Origin: Camelus dromedarius
Taxonomy: Eukaryota
DNA length: 64,000 nt
NCBI RefSeq assembly: GCF_036321535.1
Contig: NC_087437.1
Location: 41,604,001 to 41,668,000, forward strand
Direction: 5' to 3'
Part shown: positions 40,340 through 53,279 of the stretch, piece by piece
How the letters are laid out: each line of letters opens with the position of its first letter
Numbering within the stretch: position 1 is the first letter of the stretch
Translations under genes and position numbers: made by a program
The notes under the pieces: generated by a model
Told to the model about the DNA's origin: nothing
What the model saw: only the letters and a program-made list of their open reading frames with translations
The model's database searches: none

Positions 40340-41960
40340 AAAGCTTTCAGTTCTAAAAGTAAAGAAACAAATTAAAATTACATGGGTACACTGGAAGTGA
40401 AGCTGAAGGGACCCAAAGGGTTTTGATTATGGATAAAGGGTCTGTGATTATTTTCTGTCCCCATGTGACTGTTAGAAGACATGATCCCAGGACTGTGGGA
40501 GGCAGGGGCCTAGATGTAAGACTCCTACGAAAACAGAGAGCCTCAAAGAACTGCACTATCTGTTTAAAAGAGACTAGAAGTATGCCCAGTAGCTCTGGAA
40601 AGAAATTGCATGAAATTGTGGAAACTACAAAATTAGAAACTTTATATACAAATTATCCAGGATGACAACGTCCAGCTTTCAGTAATGGAGGTCTAGCTCC
40701 CATTCGGTCAGCTATCTCACAGAAGATGACTATGAATTCTGGACAAAGTATAAAAAGTAACTGACTGAAGAATAACCAAAAGTAAGCAGAAACTGGAAAG
40801 AAATCAATATTTGGAAGAAAGGAATGGAGCTGTTTTTGTCCAATGGCACACCCAGTCCATGCCAAGTGGGGTAACTAAAACTCAGACAGAAAATCCATAA
40901 TTGTACTGACCTAAAGAACCAGGAAAGAGGTCTAATAGCAATTACAACAGCTTAAAAATAAATGACAAACCTAGACTTGGAGAAGACATACATAGAATAT
41001 GTAAAGAACTCCTATATAAACAGAAAAAGAAGATCCAAAATCCAATAGAAAATATGCCTGGGGTAAAAAAATATATAGATATAGATATATATGCAATTTA
41101 CAAAAGATGAAATTTGAATTTCCAGTAAACCTTTAATATTCTCAACCTTTCCAGTAATCAGGAACATAATATTAAAACAACAATAAGATACTTTTTCAAA
41201 TCCATTGGATTAGTAAAATTTTTGCAAGCCTGAAATTAAAATGTACTGGTGAGGTAATACCAATACTTCTCGTTCACTGCTTGGTAGAAGTGTGGATTGA
41301 AATTACCTTTTGGAAAGCAACTCTTGGGCATGTATCTGGAGGGAACTCTAATTTGAAAAGATACATGCACCCCACTGTTCAAAGCAGCACTATTCACTAG
41401 CAGCCAAGACACAGAAACAACCTAAATGTCCATCAACAGATGACTGGATAAAGAAACTGTGATATAGTTTTACAATGGAATACTACTCAGCCATAAAAAA
41501 GAAAAAATAATGCCATTTGCAGCAACAAGGAATGACCTGGAGATTGTCATTCCAAGTAAAGTAAGCCAGAAAGAGAAAGAAAAATACCATGTATCACTCC
41601 TATGTGGAATCAAAAAAAAAAAAAAAAGACACAAATGAACTTATTTACAAAACAGAAAACAGACTCACGGACATAAAAAACAGACTTTTGGTTACCAGGG
41701 GGAAAAGGGGTGGGAAGGGATAAACTGGAAGCTTCAGATTTGCAAATACTAACTACTACATATAAACTAGATAAACAACAAGTTTCTACTGTATAGCACA
41801 GGGAACTATATTCAATATCTTGTAGTAATTTATAATGAAAAAGAATATAAAAAGGAATATATGTATGTATATGTATGCCTAAAACATTATACTGTACACT
41901 AGAAATAGATACAATATTGTTAACTGACTATACTTCAATAAAAAATAATTTAAAAATATA
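40340..41960 (+). mobile_element. Old L1M pieces (~40340-41320) followed by a younger L1 3' end (~41325-41960)
   Basis: 'aaagatacatgcaccccactgttc...acaacctaaatgtccatcaacagatgactggataaaga...gtatagcacagggaactatattcaatatcttgtag...cttcaataaaaaa'. Confidence 0.85.
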
Positions 41961-42294
41961 TGTAAGTACAAATAATAATTATTAAAATTGTAACTCACAT
42001 ATAGTCTTTTCCTCATTTTAACACATTCTCCTAGACTTGATCTCACATGAGCTTCAGCATACCCTAGAAAGGAGGTATTCCTGTCATCTCCACAGCAGAG
42101 GTGAGTAAACGGAGGCTCCAAGAGAACGAGGCCCAGGGCCCGGCCATGCGGCTGTGCTGTGCAGTGGGCCGGGGCTCAAACATGAGTCCCAGGGAAATGG
42201 CAGAGAATAGATATTTCAGACTGAAAACGGATATGGAGGAGACTTCCTATTAGGGAAATGTGGCCCAGCTAACACCTGGATTCTAGCTGACAGG

Positions 42295-42680
42295 CAGCTT
42301 AGTGGTGTCGTGTGACTGCCTGAAGAGTCCCGAGTTTGAATCTTCATTCCACCACTTATTAGCTGTGTAAACTGACAGGAGTAACTTATCCTTTCTGTGC
42401 TTCAATTTCCCAACCCATAAAATGGGGAGAGTGGTAATGTCTACTTCATTGAACCGCTGTGAGGGTTAAATCAGTCAACATAGAAAATGCTAAAAACATG
42501 TGACAATGAATATATATATGTTCATGTATAACTGAAAAATTGTGCTCTACACTGGAATTTGACACAACATTGTAAAATGATTATAAATCAATAAAAAATG
42601 TTAAAAAAAAAAGAAAATGCTAAAAATAACAATCTGGGCTAAAGTCGTGCTATGCACATGTTAGCTGCTGTTTATTATAA
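42295..42680 (+). mobile_element. MIR interrupted by a young L1 3' fragment
   Basis: MIR core 'ccaccacttattagctgtgt...ctgtgcttcaatttcccaacccataaaatgggg'; the MIR resumes after 42626. Confidence 0.75.
42497..42611 (+). mobile_element. Young L1 3'-end insertion (~115 bp)
   Basis: Same 3' end as 39410-39519; perfect 15-bp TSD agaaaatgctaaaaa (42482-42496 / 42612-42626). Confidence 0.92.
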
Positions 42681-43419
42681 ACTGGCCTTCTTAGTTTTTT
42701 AAAGTAAAACAAGATGAATAATGAAGTCAAGGAGTTCCTCAAGACTCCAAGAAATAATACTGAGTCCATTGCCTTATTTAAATTCTACTGGTAGTAGCAG
42801 TTTTCAATAAGCCATTTGGAAAAAGAGTATTTTCAGATTTCTTCAGCAGAATATGTAAAATCTCCCTCTGTTCCAACAGACAACTTTCCTAGATTTGTTC
42901 CTTTTACACTTCTTGATTTAAGAGCCATATGTTTCTTCCTAAACCTAATCCTAACAAATATTATGCTACTCACAGAAGTATGTATATTATAAACTTACCA
43001 TTCCTTATTACATAGTTTCACTCACAAAGCATCTATAGGAAATTCTTAGCAACCTTGTAATATATCACAGTACTACAGAAAATGACAGCCAATCATCTGC
43101 ATGTTATTTCAAGATTTCACACTCATTAGTTCACCCGTTTAACACCATGACCAATAGTCACTCCTACATAGGTATGCGTCTGGAAAGGATACCTGTGAAG
43201 ATGCTGTTCCTTGACTCAAAAACATACAAAGTTGGGCCCCTCAAGTCTCCTCACCCCCTGTCACCTACACAGACACAAGCCACAGTTCAAGCTCACTATT
43301 ATAAGCATTCAAGGCACTTTCTGATCTGGCCTCAAAATGCCTTTACAGCCCAGCCTTCTACTCCATCCAGCTCCATTCATTCACTCCTGTCTGGTCAGAC
43401 AGGTCCTAGGGATTAAGCC

Positions 43420-43860
43420 TTCATCTAATCAGTCCTCTGGACCCAACTGCAGATTTACAGGAAACGCAGAGGGCAGAGGGAAACGCTAAGCTGTACCATG
43501 AGGATGCAATCAGCAAAGCCAGATTGCGGGCTACTCTGCAAGTCAAAGAGCCGGGGTTCTTCAACAGAAAACTTACAAGGAAGAGGATACAAGAGATACT
43601 GCAGGTTAAAAGTGGCTCAAAATTCATATCAAATAGGAAAATGATAAAGCAGTTATGATTAAACTTGACTGTCTAGGGATGACGCTCAGGTGATGAAACA
43701 ATGAAGAAACACAAGGGTAGTGATTGCTTTGGAGATCAGGGGGTTGGCACTGAGATGGGGCATCTGGAACTGGCTTCTGGCGTGCCTGGCACAGGTCTGT
43801 TTGTTGACTTGAGTAGTGGTCACAAGGGTGTTTGAGTTATAATCATGCACTAAGCTATAC
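43420..43860 (+). mobile_element. Ancient L1 (L1MC/L1ME-like) 3'UTR fragment
   Basis: 'ctaatcagtcctctggacccaact...gatttacaggaaa...gatgcaatcagcaaagccaga...ttcttcaacaga'. Confidence 0.6.
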
Positions 43861-44334
43861 CTTTGGCCTTGGTCCTTCCCCCACCCATGCATCTTCTTCT
43901 GTCATTTAAATACTCCCCTCCTCCACTCCTCTGCCTGATGAGACCTTCCACACTGCATTTTACTAAAAGCCTCTTGGCTCTCCCCACCCATCCTTGGAAG
44001 ATAGAGGTAGCAACTCCCTTGACTAAGTTTCCTACCACTGGGTTTCTCAGTCTTTGATGACCCTTGCATCTCAGAGGTTTAAGGCATGCCTTATCTCTTC
44101 TGTGATATTGTAAATGCTCGGGGACAGGAAGCTGTGTCATCCCCACAGATGTATGTAGGAAGCACTCACAACTTTTTGCTGAGTAAAAAGTGCTAATCAA
44201 TTGAAAGTTAGGTGAGAGCTTTGAATCCACTTGGTATATCCTGTCACAAGATCCCCATCTTCAGCCTCCAATCTATCCTTACTCACTCTTTTGGCTTATC
44301 TGCAGCCAATATACAGACCCTGAGTGCCCACCTG

Positions 44335-44570
44335 GGTTAAGAACATGGGCTCTTAATCCTGGCTCTGCCACTTAGTTGTCTTGTAACTAGTAATCTCTTG
44401 CTTTACTTCTATTACTTCTCTCTGAGCCTCAGTTTTCTCAGCTGTAAAACAGAGCTAATCTTACCTAATAGGATGGTAGAATATTGCATATAAGGTAGTT
44501 AACCCAGTACCTGACACAAAGTAACAACTTACTACATAGTCAATATTATAAATATTACTGTTACTATTAG
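44335..44570 (+). mobile_element. MIR SINE
   Basis: 'ggttaagaacatgggctct...aatcctggctctgccactt...ctctctgagcctcagttttctcagctgtaaaa'. Confidence 0.8.
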
Positions 44571-45075
44571 TGTCATTAATAGGAAAGGTATGTTAATCAT
44601 TAAGTACTGATAGTGTGGCCAAGTGAAGTAAAAACATGAAACCTAGGGACAGACATGTTTACTCAAACTCAAACTGTGAGAATTAGAAGACTCAGTGTAT
44701 TTATCATTCCTTTGGTCTCCATATTACAAATCCAGGATTTTTTTTCCTGAAGCGAGGTTACCTGATTGCATCACTTTCGCTCTTACTGAATTGTGAGCTC
44801 CTTGGGAGCCCAGAATGACAATGTACTGAACTTGTGTCCAGTCTCTCCCGTCACAGCCCCATGGCTAGCCTCTCTATGTGACCACAGCCCTCATGCCCCT
44901 CTGGGCCTGGATTCGGCCCCCTAATTCTGACCTCTGCACTTTGGGGGCTTTTAAGCTCCTTGCCATCTCTGAAAGGAATCAAGTCTGGTCTGTCTCATTT
45001 CTTTAGCATCTGATGACAAGAAATGAATTAAAAGAAGAAAGTGAATTGCACCATCAATGGGCACTAATTTACTCT

Positions 45076-45077
<2 letters not shown>

Positions 45078-45133
<56 letters not shown>
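45078..45133. repeat. (GT)28 microsatellite
   Basis: Direct reading; 56 bp, uninterrupted. Confidence 0.97.
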
Positions 45134-45134
<1 letters not shown>

Positions 45135-46179
45135 TGAGCAAAAACAGAAGCTAACGCAACCCAATTCAATAACCCTGTATGACGCATGTACTTGTTGGCA
45201 GACACTGGGTAAGAATTGAGGATACAATCTTTAGTCTGATGAATCCAGGTCAGTGACATCCAGTACACATGAGGATCTAGGTAATCATTTGGTTCCACCT
45301 CCTTCCATGCACTGAGAAGACAGAGCCCAGGGTCACACAGAGAGAGCAGAGTGAAATTGGAACTCAGGCCTCTTTCACGTCCTGCGTGCTCCCACAAGTC
45401 TGTTTCAGGGGCAGAGTCTTTCCAGGTAATGTAGCTCTGAACCACGACAAAATGTGTAAGGAGTACGACCGGACGGGCTGGCTAAACCGCTAGTGTCTCA
45501 GCGGCAGGCGGATCCTGATCAGTAGGTGTGGACTGGCTGCCAGCCTCGCTGGGAAAGAGCTGGTTTAATCCTCACTCAAGACACTGCTGCTCCCATGAGT
45601 GTCACTAAGAAACAGAGCTAGTCTACTGACACCTGACTCTGTGACATCCCTGAGGGCCAGAAGCACATGGATAGCCTCAGCGTTAACAAGAAATAGCAGA
45701 CTGAAAGACAGACAGGCTGCCAGAGTTTGGTGAACTAGAGAGAGGCAGTGTGTGCCAGCCAGACTGGCCACCTGGCTTTCTAGGCATGCTCTGTGCGGGT
45801 TTCTCAGGCAGCTGGGGATGATGTGACTCATTAGCGGGTACTTACTGAGCAGCCAGTGTGCTGAGCCCCATGCCAGGCGCTGGGGACACAAAATGATCTC
45901 ACATAATTTACCTGACTGTGAAAAGAGGGGAGGAGCACTCTCATTACTCCTGCCTCACCCTGTGTATTTTGCCTCCTCCCCCAACAAAAGCCCAGAAGAG
46001 CGACCCTCGTCCCAATTCTCCTCCCACCCACCTGTTCTTCTTTCCAACGCTCCATTAATCAAGCCCCTTATTAACCTCCCTTGCTCCCATGGGTTTTTCC
46101 TGTTACCACTTAAAACAGTCTCAAGCATCTCAATTACATGTATGTTCCCCTCAACTTCTCACTTCTCTCTTGCTGTGAC

Positions 46180-48410
46180 TAGTCAAGCTTTTGAAGGATT
46201 TATGTTTCCCCACTCAGCTGGACGGAACCAGATGTGCTCCATGCTCTCCAAATGCTCAGCCTTCCAACAGGCAGCTCCCTCAGTGGCTTTGCCTTCCTCC
46301 AATTTCCTTCTTTGCTTGATTAACTCCTGTCATTCATTCTGAACTGCCCCCTGGTGCCACCTCCTCCGGGAAGCCTCCCCTGACTTCACAGGCTGATTTA
46401 TATGCCTTTTCTCGGTGCTTCTACAGCATCTAGGTGAGTCCACTGACAACATTCTTTCCCACTTGACCCCTGCCTCCTCTAGAAGACTCTCAGTTCTCTG
46501 AAGAGAGAGGCCATCTCAAGATTCTCACTTCCTAGTGTCTACTGGGCTCTCAGTAACTGTTTGTGGACCAAACGAGGAATGAATAATATGAATAACATTC
46601 AGAATAGCTCTTTGTACGGGCAAAACAGAGAACAACACGTGCAGATTACAAAGCATTTTTCACACATACATCTTATTTGACTTTCCTAACCCTTCAGGGC
46701 AAATGGTATTATTTTTAACCCTCTTTTCAGCTGAAGAAGAAATGATCCAAAATGATTAAGAGGTCTGATCATTAAGTGAGGGTCATACTGTGTAAGTGGT
46801 AGGTCTGAGAGTCAAATTATGACGCCTGAACTTCTATTCTCCACTTTCTCCCTTCCCTATGAGCAACCATCTTCATATTCAGATTCTTGTACACAAGACT
46901 GTAAACTTTCCACATCGAAACCCGATTTCTGAAAACGAGCGTGCTTGCCTTGTGCCTAACCAAACTACTTACTAGAAGGAGCAGGAATGAATTCTGCTTA
47001 ATTTTAGCCGAAGAAGTAAATCTAGAAAAGGAAATAAAACAGCCAGAGTAACAGAGATAACACTTCCATCTCCCTTCGGTGGGAGTGAATGAACATAAAT
47101 GATTTAAGCATCATATCCTTTCACCAAACCTCAAAACATCTCAGATTTAGGGCTCGTGATGAAATGGCTAGAGATCTGCCCTGTGATACACTCTTTGTCA
47201 TAGTCAGGAAATCCTCATTCTATCTGGTGGAACAGCAGGGAAGGCAACTTTTATCCAAGAATATCCTTGATACTTAGCAATACTCCCACAAGCTGTTAAC
47301 ACTCCCTCTGCCCCTTCGAGGCCTCACAGCCTTGTTCATGCAGCCGAGAGCACAAGATCCATCACTTTGACTCCTCTCTCACTGGAAACCTCTGCTCACT
47401 TGTCCCACTGTCCTGTTATGGTCTTCTGGAAAAACCTAACCCAGGCCAATCCAACTATCTGCCTCCTTGGCCCCTACCCCAGGGTTTCTAAACATGGGTG
47501 CAGAAAAAGCATCCAACTGCATGGACTGGTGTCTATGGAACCCAACCTCAGCCAGGCATACCCTGTGCTATCTCTCTCACCCCCTTCTCAAGGTCAACTT
47601 CTTAAGAAAGTTGTCTACGTGCTCCTCATATTTCATCACTCTTCCCTCAGTCTTCAACCCACTGTAACTGGCTCCCACCTCCACACTCAACCGGCTTTCA
47701 CCGAAGTTTATAACCACCTGCATATTGTGCAATCCAAAGGGCTCCTCCCCTTCTTATCTCACTTAACCCTTCTGTTGCTTAACCCTTGACTCCCTTCTTC
47801 ATCAGAGTCTCTTCTCTTGGCTTTGACATTCCCATGTTCTTCTAGCTTTCCTCCTCTCTCTCTGGCCACTGAGATGGAATTTTTTTGAGGCTGTTCTGCT
47901 CAGCTCTTACATGCTAGTATTCTTCAGGGTCCTAGGATCTTTCTTTCCCACTCTACCACCTCTCACACCTCTCAGGGTGATCTCATTCATTCTGATGGTT
48001 ACAGGACAGGTTGATGTTTCCCTTCCTGGGTGTTTCTATGGTTCCCAGGTGATACCGCTGTTGGGTACATTCCTTTCCACTTGCCCTCTGTCTCCCCTGG
48101 AGGACTGGGGCCATCTCTGTATTCCCAGTCACCACTCCCGGTAACTGTTTCCAGCCTTGTTCTACTTCCTAAACTTCAGATCTATATACCCAACCACCTA
48201 TGAATTTCCCCACTGGGTGAACTTAATATGCTTAAAATAGACTTTACCATCTTCCAAATCCCCAAACATTTCCCATTCCTAAGTTTCTATCCTGAATGAA
48301 TTGAGAACATCACCTACCCAGCTGCATGAACTGCATCCTGGAACTCAGCCTCAGCAATTCTTTTCCCTGACTCTCTATATCCAATCAATCAGTAAATCCT
48401 GCCAAAGTCT
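46180..48410 (+). mobile_element. L2 fragments (~46180-46600 3' end; ~47570-48410 ORF2 region)
   Basis: Pyrimidine-rich L2 motifs 'cacctcctccgggaagcctcccctgac', 'cttcaacccactgtaactggctccc', 'aacttaatatgcttaaaatagact', 'atccaatcaatcagtaaatcctg'. Confidence 0.6.
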
Positions 48411-50185
48411 AAATATCTTGATAACTATGGCAGGTTTGCGGAAATGGGGGGGGGGGGAAGGTGCAGTGTAGCTGGGCATAGAGTTAAGGACAGGTGATAC
48501 TAAGGCATTAATCTCGAATTCCCCACCCATCGTCCCTCACTCCCCACTCTTGATGCTGGAGCCCTGGAGCTACAAAGCATTCTATAACAATAATTTGGGG
48601 CTGCCAAAAATAGGATTTTGTAGGATAAGTAACATTACTTTCATTTTTTTAATTACAGCTAACCAACAATGGTTTCACAAATAAAAAAAGAAACTGGGCT
48701 TAAGTCACTGGCTCTGCTCTCCTTACAGAGTTACTGCAGGGAACAATGATTTCCAGATGAGTCCCAGGTGTGGAAAGTGATGCCTTCGTGGAACCATCAG
48801 TCTTCAGTTCTGCCACCACATTTGAGAAACAATGCAATATTTAAGGTAAACAAGCTAAACTGGACGTGTGTGGAGGGTGAGGGCTGAAGGAAGGGAGGAC
48901 AGAAGGAGTGATGAGAAACAGGCCAGGCCTAATGACACGCGGGCATAGCTGACAGATTATCAACTCATCACTAAAACAGCACTAATACAAAGTTAACAAA
49001 AAGCCACAAAGTAAGCAGGAAGTGCCTTAAGTTGGCAGTTTCTAAGAGTTCCTTGTCAGGGTCCCTATATCTTCCCCCAAACTATAAGCAGTAACCAATA
49101 TCATTAGAGGAATGGTAATATGGAAGGGGTTGGGCATACACAGTAGAAAGAGAAAAGAAAAATGTACTGGCAAAAATCTACAAAGACAGACAACTCTGAA
49201 TATACTAAAAACTTTTGAATTGCACACTTTAAATGGGTGAAATTTACAGTTTATGAATTATATCCCAATGAAGCTATTTATTAAAAAATCTGCCAAGACA
49301 TACGAATAATAAGCAGAGTTGTACAGATCAATCAACATAAACAATACTCAGAGAGTAGCAGGTAATCTTCCTTGATCCTATAGAGGAATAACCAGCAGCA
49401 AAAATCATTTTTATATTTCTTATAACGAAAATAGACAAACTGCTACTTATAACCAAAAGACAAGGGGAAAAGGCATTGTCAAAACATTTACAGAAAGCAA
49501 TCTGTCAACGCCCACACTGGCTATTGCTTTAATTCCACTTTTCACTATTGGAAGACTCTGCTTACTGAGGTTACTATGTTTTCACAAACACAACAGTCAC
49601 ATTGGGGAGTTTCTGTCAAACTAGTATCTTTTTAAGAAATTACGAAAGTATATATCACAAAAAGAACTATTACGGGCTCAGAAAAAGCATGTAAATCTCA
49701 ATGGCTAGAGAAACAATCAGATGAAGAAAAGGCAAATTCTGAGTCAGTGATCATTTCCTTTTCAAGACAGGGTTCGAAAGAAGGTACAAAAGATAGATGA
49801 CAGGTAGAAACACTCAGCTCCTCATAGGCACACATGTGTTTGTGCCTGGTACTCGTTGGAAAGGAGGCAGGGTACAAGTTTTTCTTAGACTCTATTTGAA
49901 AAGCAAGTTAGTTCATGTAAAGACAGAGTTCTTTTTAAATCACTTTAAAAGGTAGATGCCAAAGTAGAAGGCAGGTGTATGCTCAGAATATGATCCACTG
50001 GAATGGAAATTAACTATGCCTATCCTTTGATCTTATGCAGTTTCAGCTGACCAAGCAAAACAGTTCAGCCGATACAAAGCAAAACAGAAACCTATCCTTC
50101 AATTTCTATCCTCGGAGTTACCTCGCTCAAACCCAAGGAACCAAACGTAACTCACTTTCGGTTTTAAGTTAGAACATGTTGAATC

Positions 50186-50202
50186 CACAGTGACTCAGCA
50201 GA
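50186..50202 (+). promoter_or_regulatory. Candidate antioxidant response element (NRF2/BACH1-small MAF) with an embedded AP-1 site
   Basis: CACAGTGACTCAGCAGA fits RTGACTCAGCA; motif evidence only. Confidence 0.45.
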
Positions 50203-50454
50203 TGGGTTTCACTTAATTAAAGTCGTCTGAAACCAAGTTTTCTTTACTGTGACTTTCCAACAGAAGAAACAGCCAAGGACAGAATTAGGCAGGAAGAGCA
50301 CTGGTCTCGGAGTCAAAATTTTAGATGTAATCTCGACTCCAAGGACTCCCAGGTAAACCAATTCAATCTCTTTTGAAATTATAGTTTCCTTTGAATTTTT
50401 ACATGCCTGCATGCCAAGCACACAGTAGGTGTTCAATAAATGCTTTCTGAATTA

Positions 50455-50640
50455 TTACTACTAATAGCTAACATTTACCAAGCACTTAGTAAGTCCTTTA
50501 TATGCATTATATCATGTAATACTTATGATAACCCTACAAAGTAGGTTTTCGTATTATCTGCACGTCACAAATTCAGAAACTGAGGTTTAGAGAGATTAGT
50601 AATGTGCCCATGTGACTCAACTGCTGAGTAGCAGAGAGGA
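50455..50640 (-). mobile_element. MIR SINE
   Basis: 'aatagctaacatttaccaagcactt...ataaccctacaaagtagg...gaaactgaggtttagagagatt'. Confidence 0.8.
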
Positions 50641-50829
50641 CGGCATGGCCCAAGGTTCTTAATCAAAGTGAACTTGAGCCTGCTGCCCCTCTGAGCACAA
50701 CGGGCCACCGGCCAAAATAATCAGTCCTCAATGAACATATGAGGCTCCTCCAACTTAACATTGGTTTTATTGCTTGCTTTTTCCCACCACCTGTCTTCCT
50801 GGGAGCACTGGCAATAAAAACCTTGGGAT

Positions 50830-50990
50830 CCTTGTTATTCAAAATGTGGTCCAGGGACCTGGAACATAGATAGGCATCACCTTGAAACTTGGAAATGTAG
50901 ACTCTTGGTCATAGTCCAGAAACAGAATCTGCACTTTAACGAGATACCCAGGTGATTCATAGGGACCTCAGTTGGAAAGGCACTGGTTTA
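50830..50990. mobile_element. MER5A-like DNA transposon
   Basis: 'tcaaaatgtggtcc...cagaatctgcactttaacgagataccccaggtgattcat...gcactgg'. Confidence 0.75.
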
Positions 50991-52949
50991 GACTAGCTCC
51001 AAAATGACGCTCTTTACGACAGGAGGAAAGAAGGTCTGAGAAGGAACACACAACAGAAATGTTATAGTCGGTGAGAACAAAGCCAGCTTGCTACGGCTGT
51101 GTCAGGACTGCAATTCACCTACATAACAACACACAAATATTTATTAAGAACCTTTAAAGCCCAGGGAATTGATGATAGAGGTAACAGCTGAATCTGCAGG
51201 GAGTGTGTCTACAGTTCCACACCCTTCTAAAATCCCCAAACCTGTGTCTTTAGAACCATGTATCATACAGCAAATAAAAATACATTAAGTCTTTAGCAAA
51301 TACTAAATCGCTCATCAGGCAAAGAGTTGAGCTGTGCTGCGGACTGATGAAACTTAAGATTCGTATGATACTACCACCTTCGTTCACAGCCTAGGAGTCA
51401 CCTCTTAACAAGGGAGCTTTTTATCCTTTTGAATACTGACACATTTTTTGAGCACAATACACACGTGAGTCAACATAAATTTGAGTTTAAACTTGATTTA
51501 AATTGGAGCTATTTCAATGTGTTATGGTTTCCTTTTTAAATGACACACCTACATTTTTAGACAGAAAGTCGTCCATATTTTTAGCCAAGAAGTACAGGAC
51601 AGTAACCGTCCTCTCACAAGAGATGTGAGTTATGTTGGCCTCGGAGTCAGAATCTCAAGAACCATCTGAAGGAGTTAGCTTTCCCTCACTATTTCTTACC
51701 TGTTTAAAAAGAGTTCTAAAAAGTCAATAACCCCACACATAAAAGCCATGCACATGACTAAAAGTTGTCTTAGTAGGAGATGAGGTGTAGAGCTGACTTT
51801 TTTCTTTATTCCCACTTTTAAAATAAAAAATAAAACACATTTATTTCCTAGTCACAATTCTATACTTTTCAGAGCTAAAACAATGCATTGCATGTAGGTG
51901 GAAATTCATTCTCCACTTCAGTTCTATCCTTTTGGTCATTTGAAATCTACTAGGCAGGTTCTTCTCCTTACAGCCCTCAACTGTATATTCCTGGCACTTT
52001 CCACTTCCTTCCTGCCTCCATCTAGGGAGAAGTAGAACAATGAGAATGGATTTCTTGCTAATTAATCATCCAGATATCTCCTAGAAGGGTTTGCTTTCAC
52101 CACAATGGATCATAAAAAAAGAACTGCTTTTAATTTCCAACCCATTTACTACATTACAGTCATGAATCGTCCTCTGGATTCAAAGATTTTCACCAAATAG
52201 CCCAGGGTTTTACAATAAAGGAAAAGGAAGACTTGGGCATGCTCAAAGTAAGGGGCAAGCAGGAAGCCGAGCAAAGTTTAGGGCAGTTGAGGCCCCCAAG
52301 GATTCTGACTCAGAGTTGAGGCCAGAGGCCACAGAAACAGGGAGGCACATATTAACCACAAACAAGCACTGAAGGGGGAACACACAGGCCTGAGTCAGAC
52401 TATGATGGGGGACTCGGGGGCCTGAGGAGTCCCAGGAGAGAATCAAATATACTGGAGTTTCTCACAATGGACCCAATGCCCAACGCTACTAATGGTCTGT
52501 ATTAAAAACCAGCCACAGTTGTGCTAAATCGGCCTCAATGCTGGTGGCATTGTTAATGAAGACACCACTTCCAGACATAATTTAGCAATATGTTTGTACA
52601 GTCACAAGAGACTTATACCCTTTGATATGGTAACCATGCTCGACAAACTTGGAGAAAGGGACACCCAGAAAGTAGGTCACTGCCAGGAACAAATGCAGAC
52701 GTCTGCATTTAGGTTTAAACACACTCACAAGTACAGGCTGGAATGGCCTGCATTGGCAGCTGTCTTGTGCAAAAGCCCTGGGGATTTGGGATGAACCTAC
52801 CTTACTTCAGTGTGCCTTACAGGGAGCAGCAAGAACGGTGGGAGCTGCAGTCGGCAGACTTGGGCCTGAATCCGGCTCTTCCTTCTACAGCCTGTCACAA
52901 GTCCCCCAGCTCCCTTAAGCTTGGTCTCCTCACCTACAGAATGAAGATA

Positions 52950-53155
52950 CCCCATTTCCTTGATTCTAAGATGTGCTTTCTGTCTCCCTTCCCCCAACAC
53001 ACAGTTTAACTTCTCTGAAACTGGCATGACTATTGTATCTCATGTTTGCATTTAATGGGCTGGCATTTTCCTTCCTCTGTTTCTCCCTGAGAAGCTGAAA
53101 TTTAATTGATGGTGTATCTTGTCATTAACAGTGTCTTAGAATCAAGGAAATACAG
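52950..53155. mobile_element. MER104-like (TcMar-Tc2) MITE inserted into a MIR
   Basis: Perfect 18-bp inverted repeats atttccttgattctaaga (52954-52971) / tcttagaatcaaggaaat (53134-53151). TA on both sides (52948-52949, 53156-53157), with MIR sequence on each flank. Confidence 0.75.
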
Positions 53156-53279
53156 TAGTAGTGCTGGCCTCAGGATTGCTGTGAGGATTAAATGACATAA
53201 CATATATAAGGCAATTTGGCAGATTACCTTGAAAATAGTAATGGTCTCCCTCCAAAATGACACATGTTAACATTATTTT

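Noticed and set aside
44951..45445. 164-aa ORF with a (TH)n repeat
   Set aside because: The frame is held open by the (GT)28 microsatellite; no coding signature.
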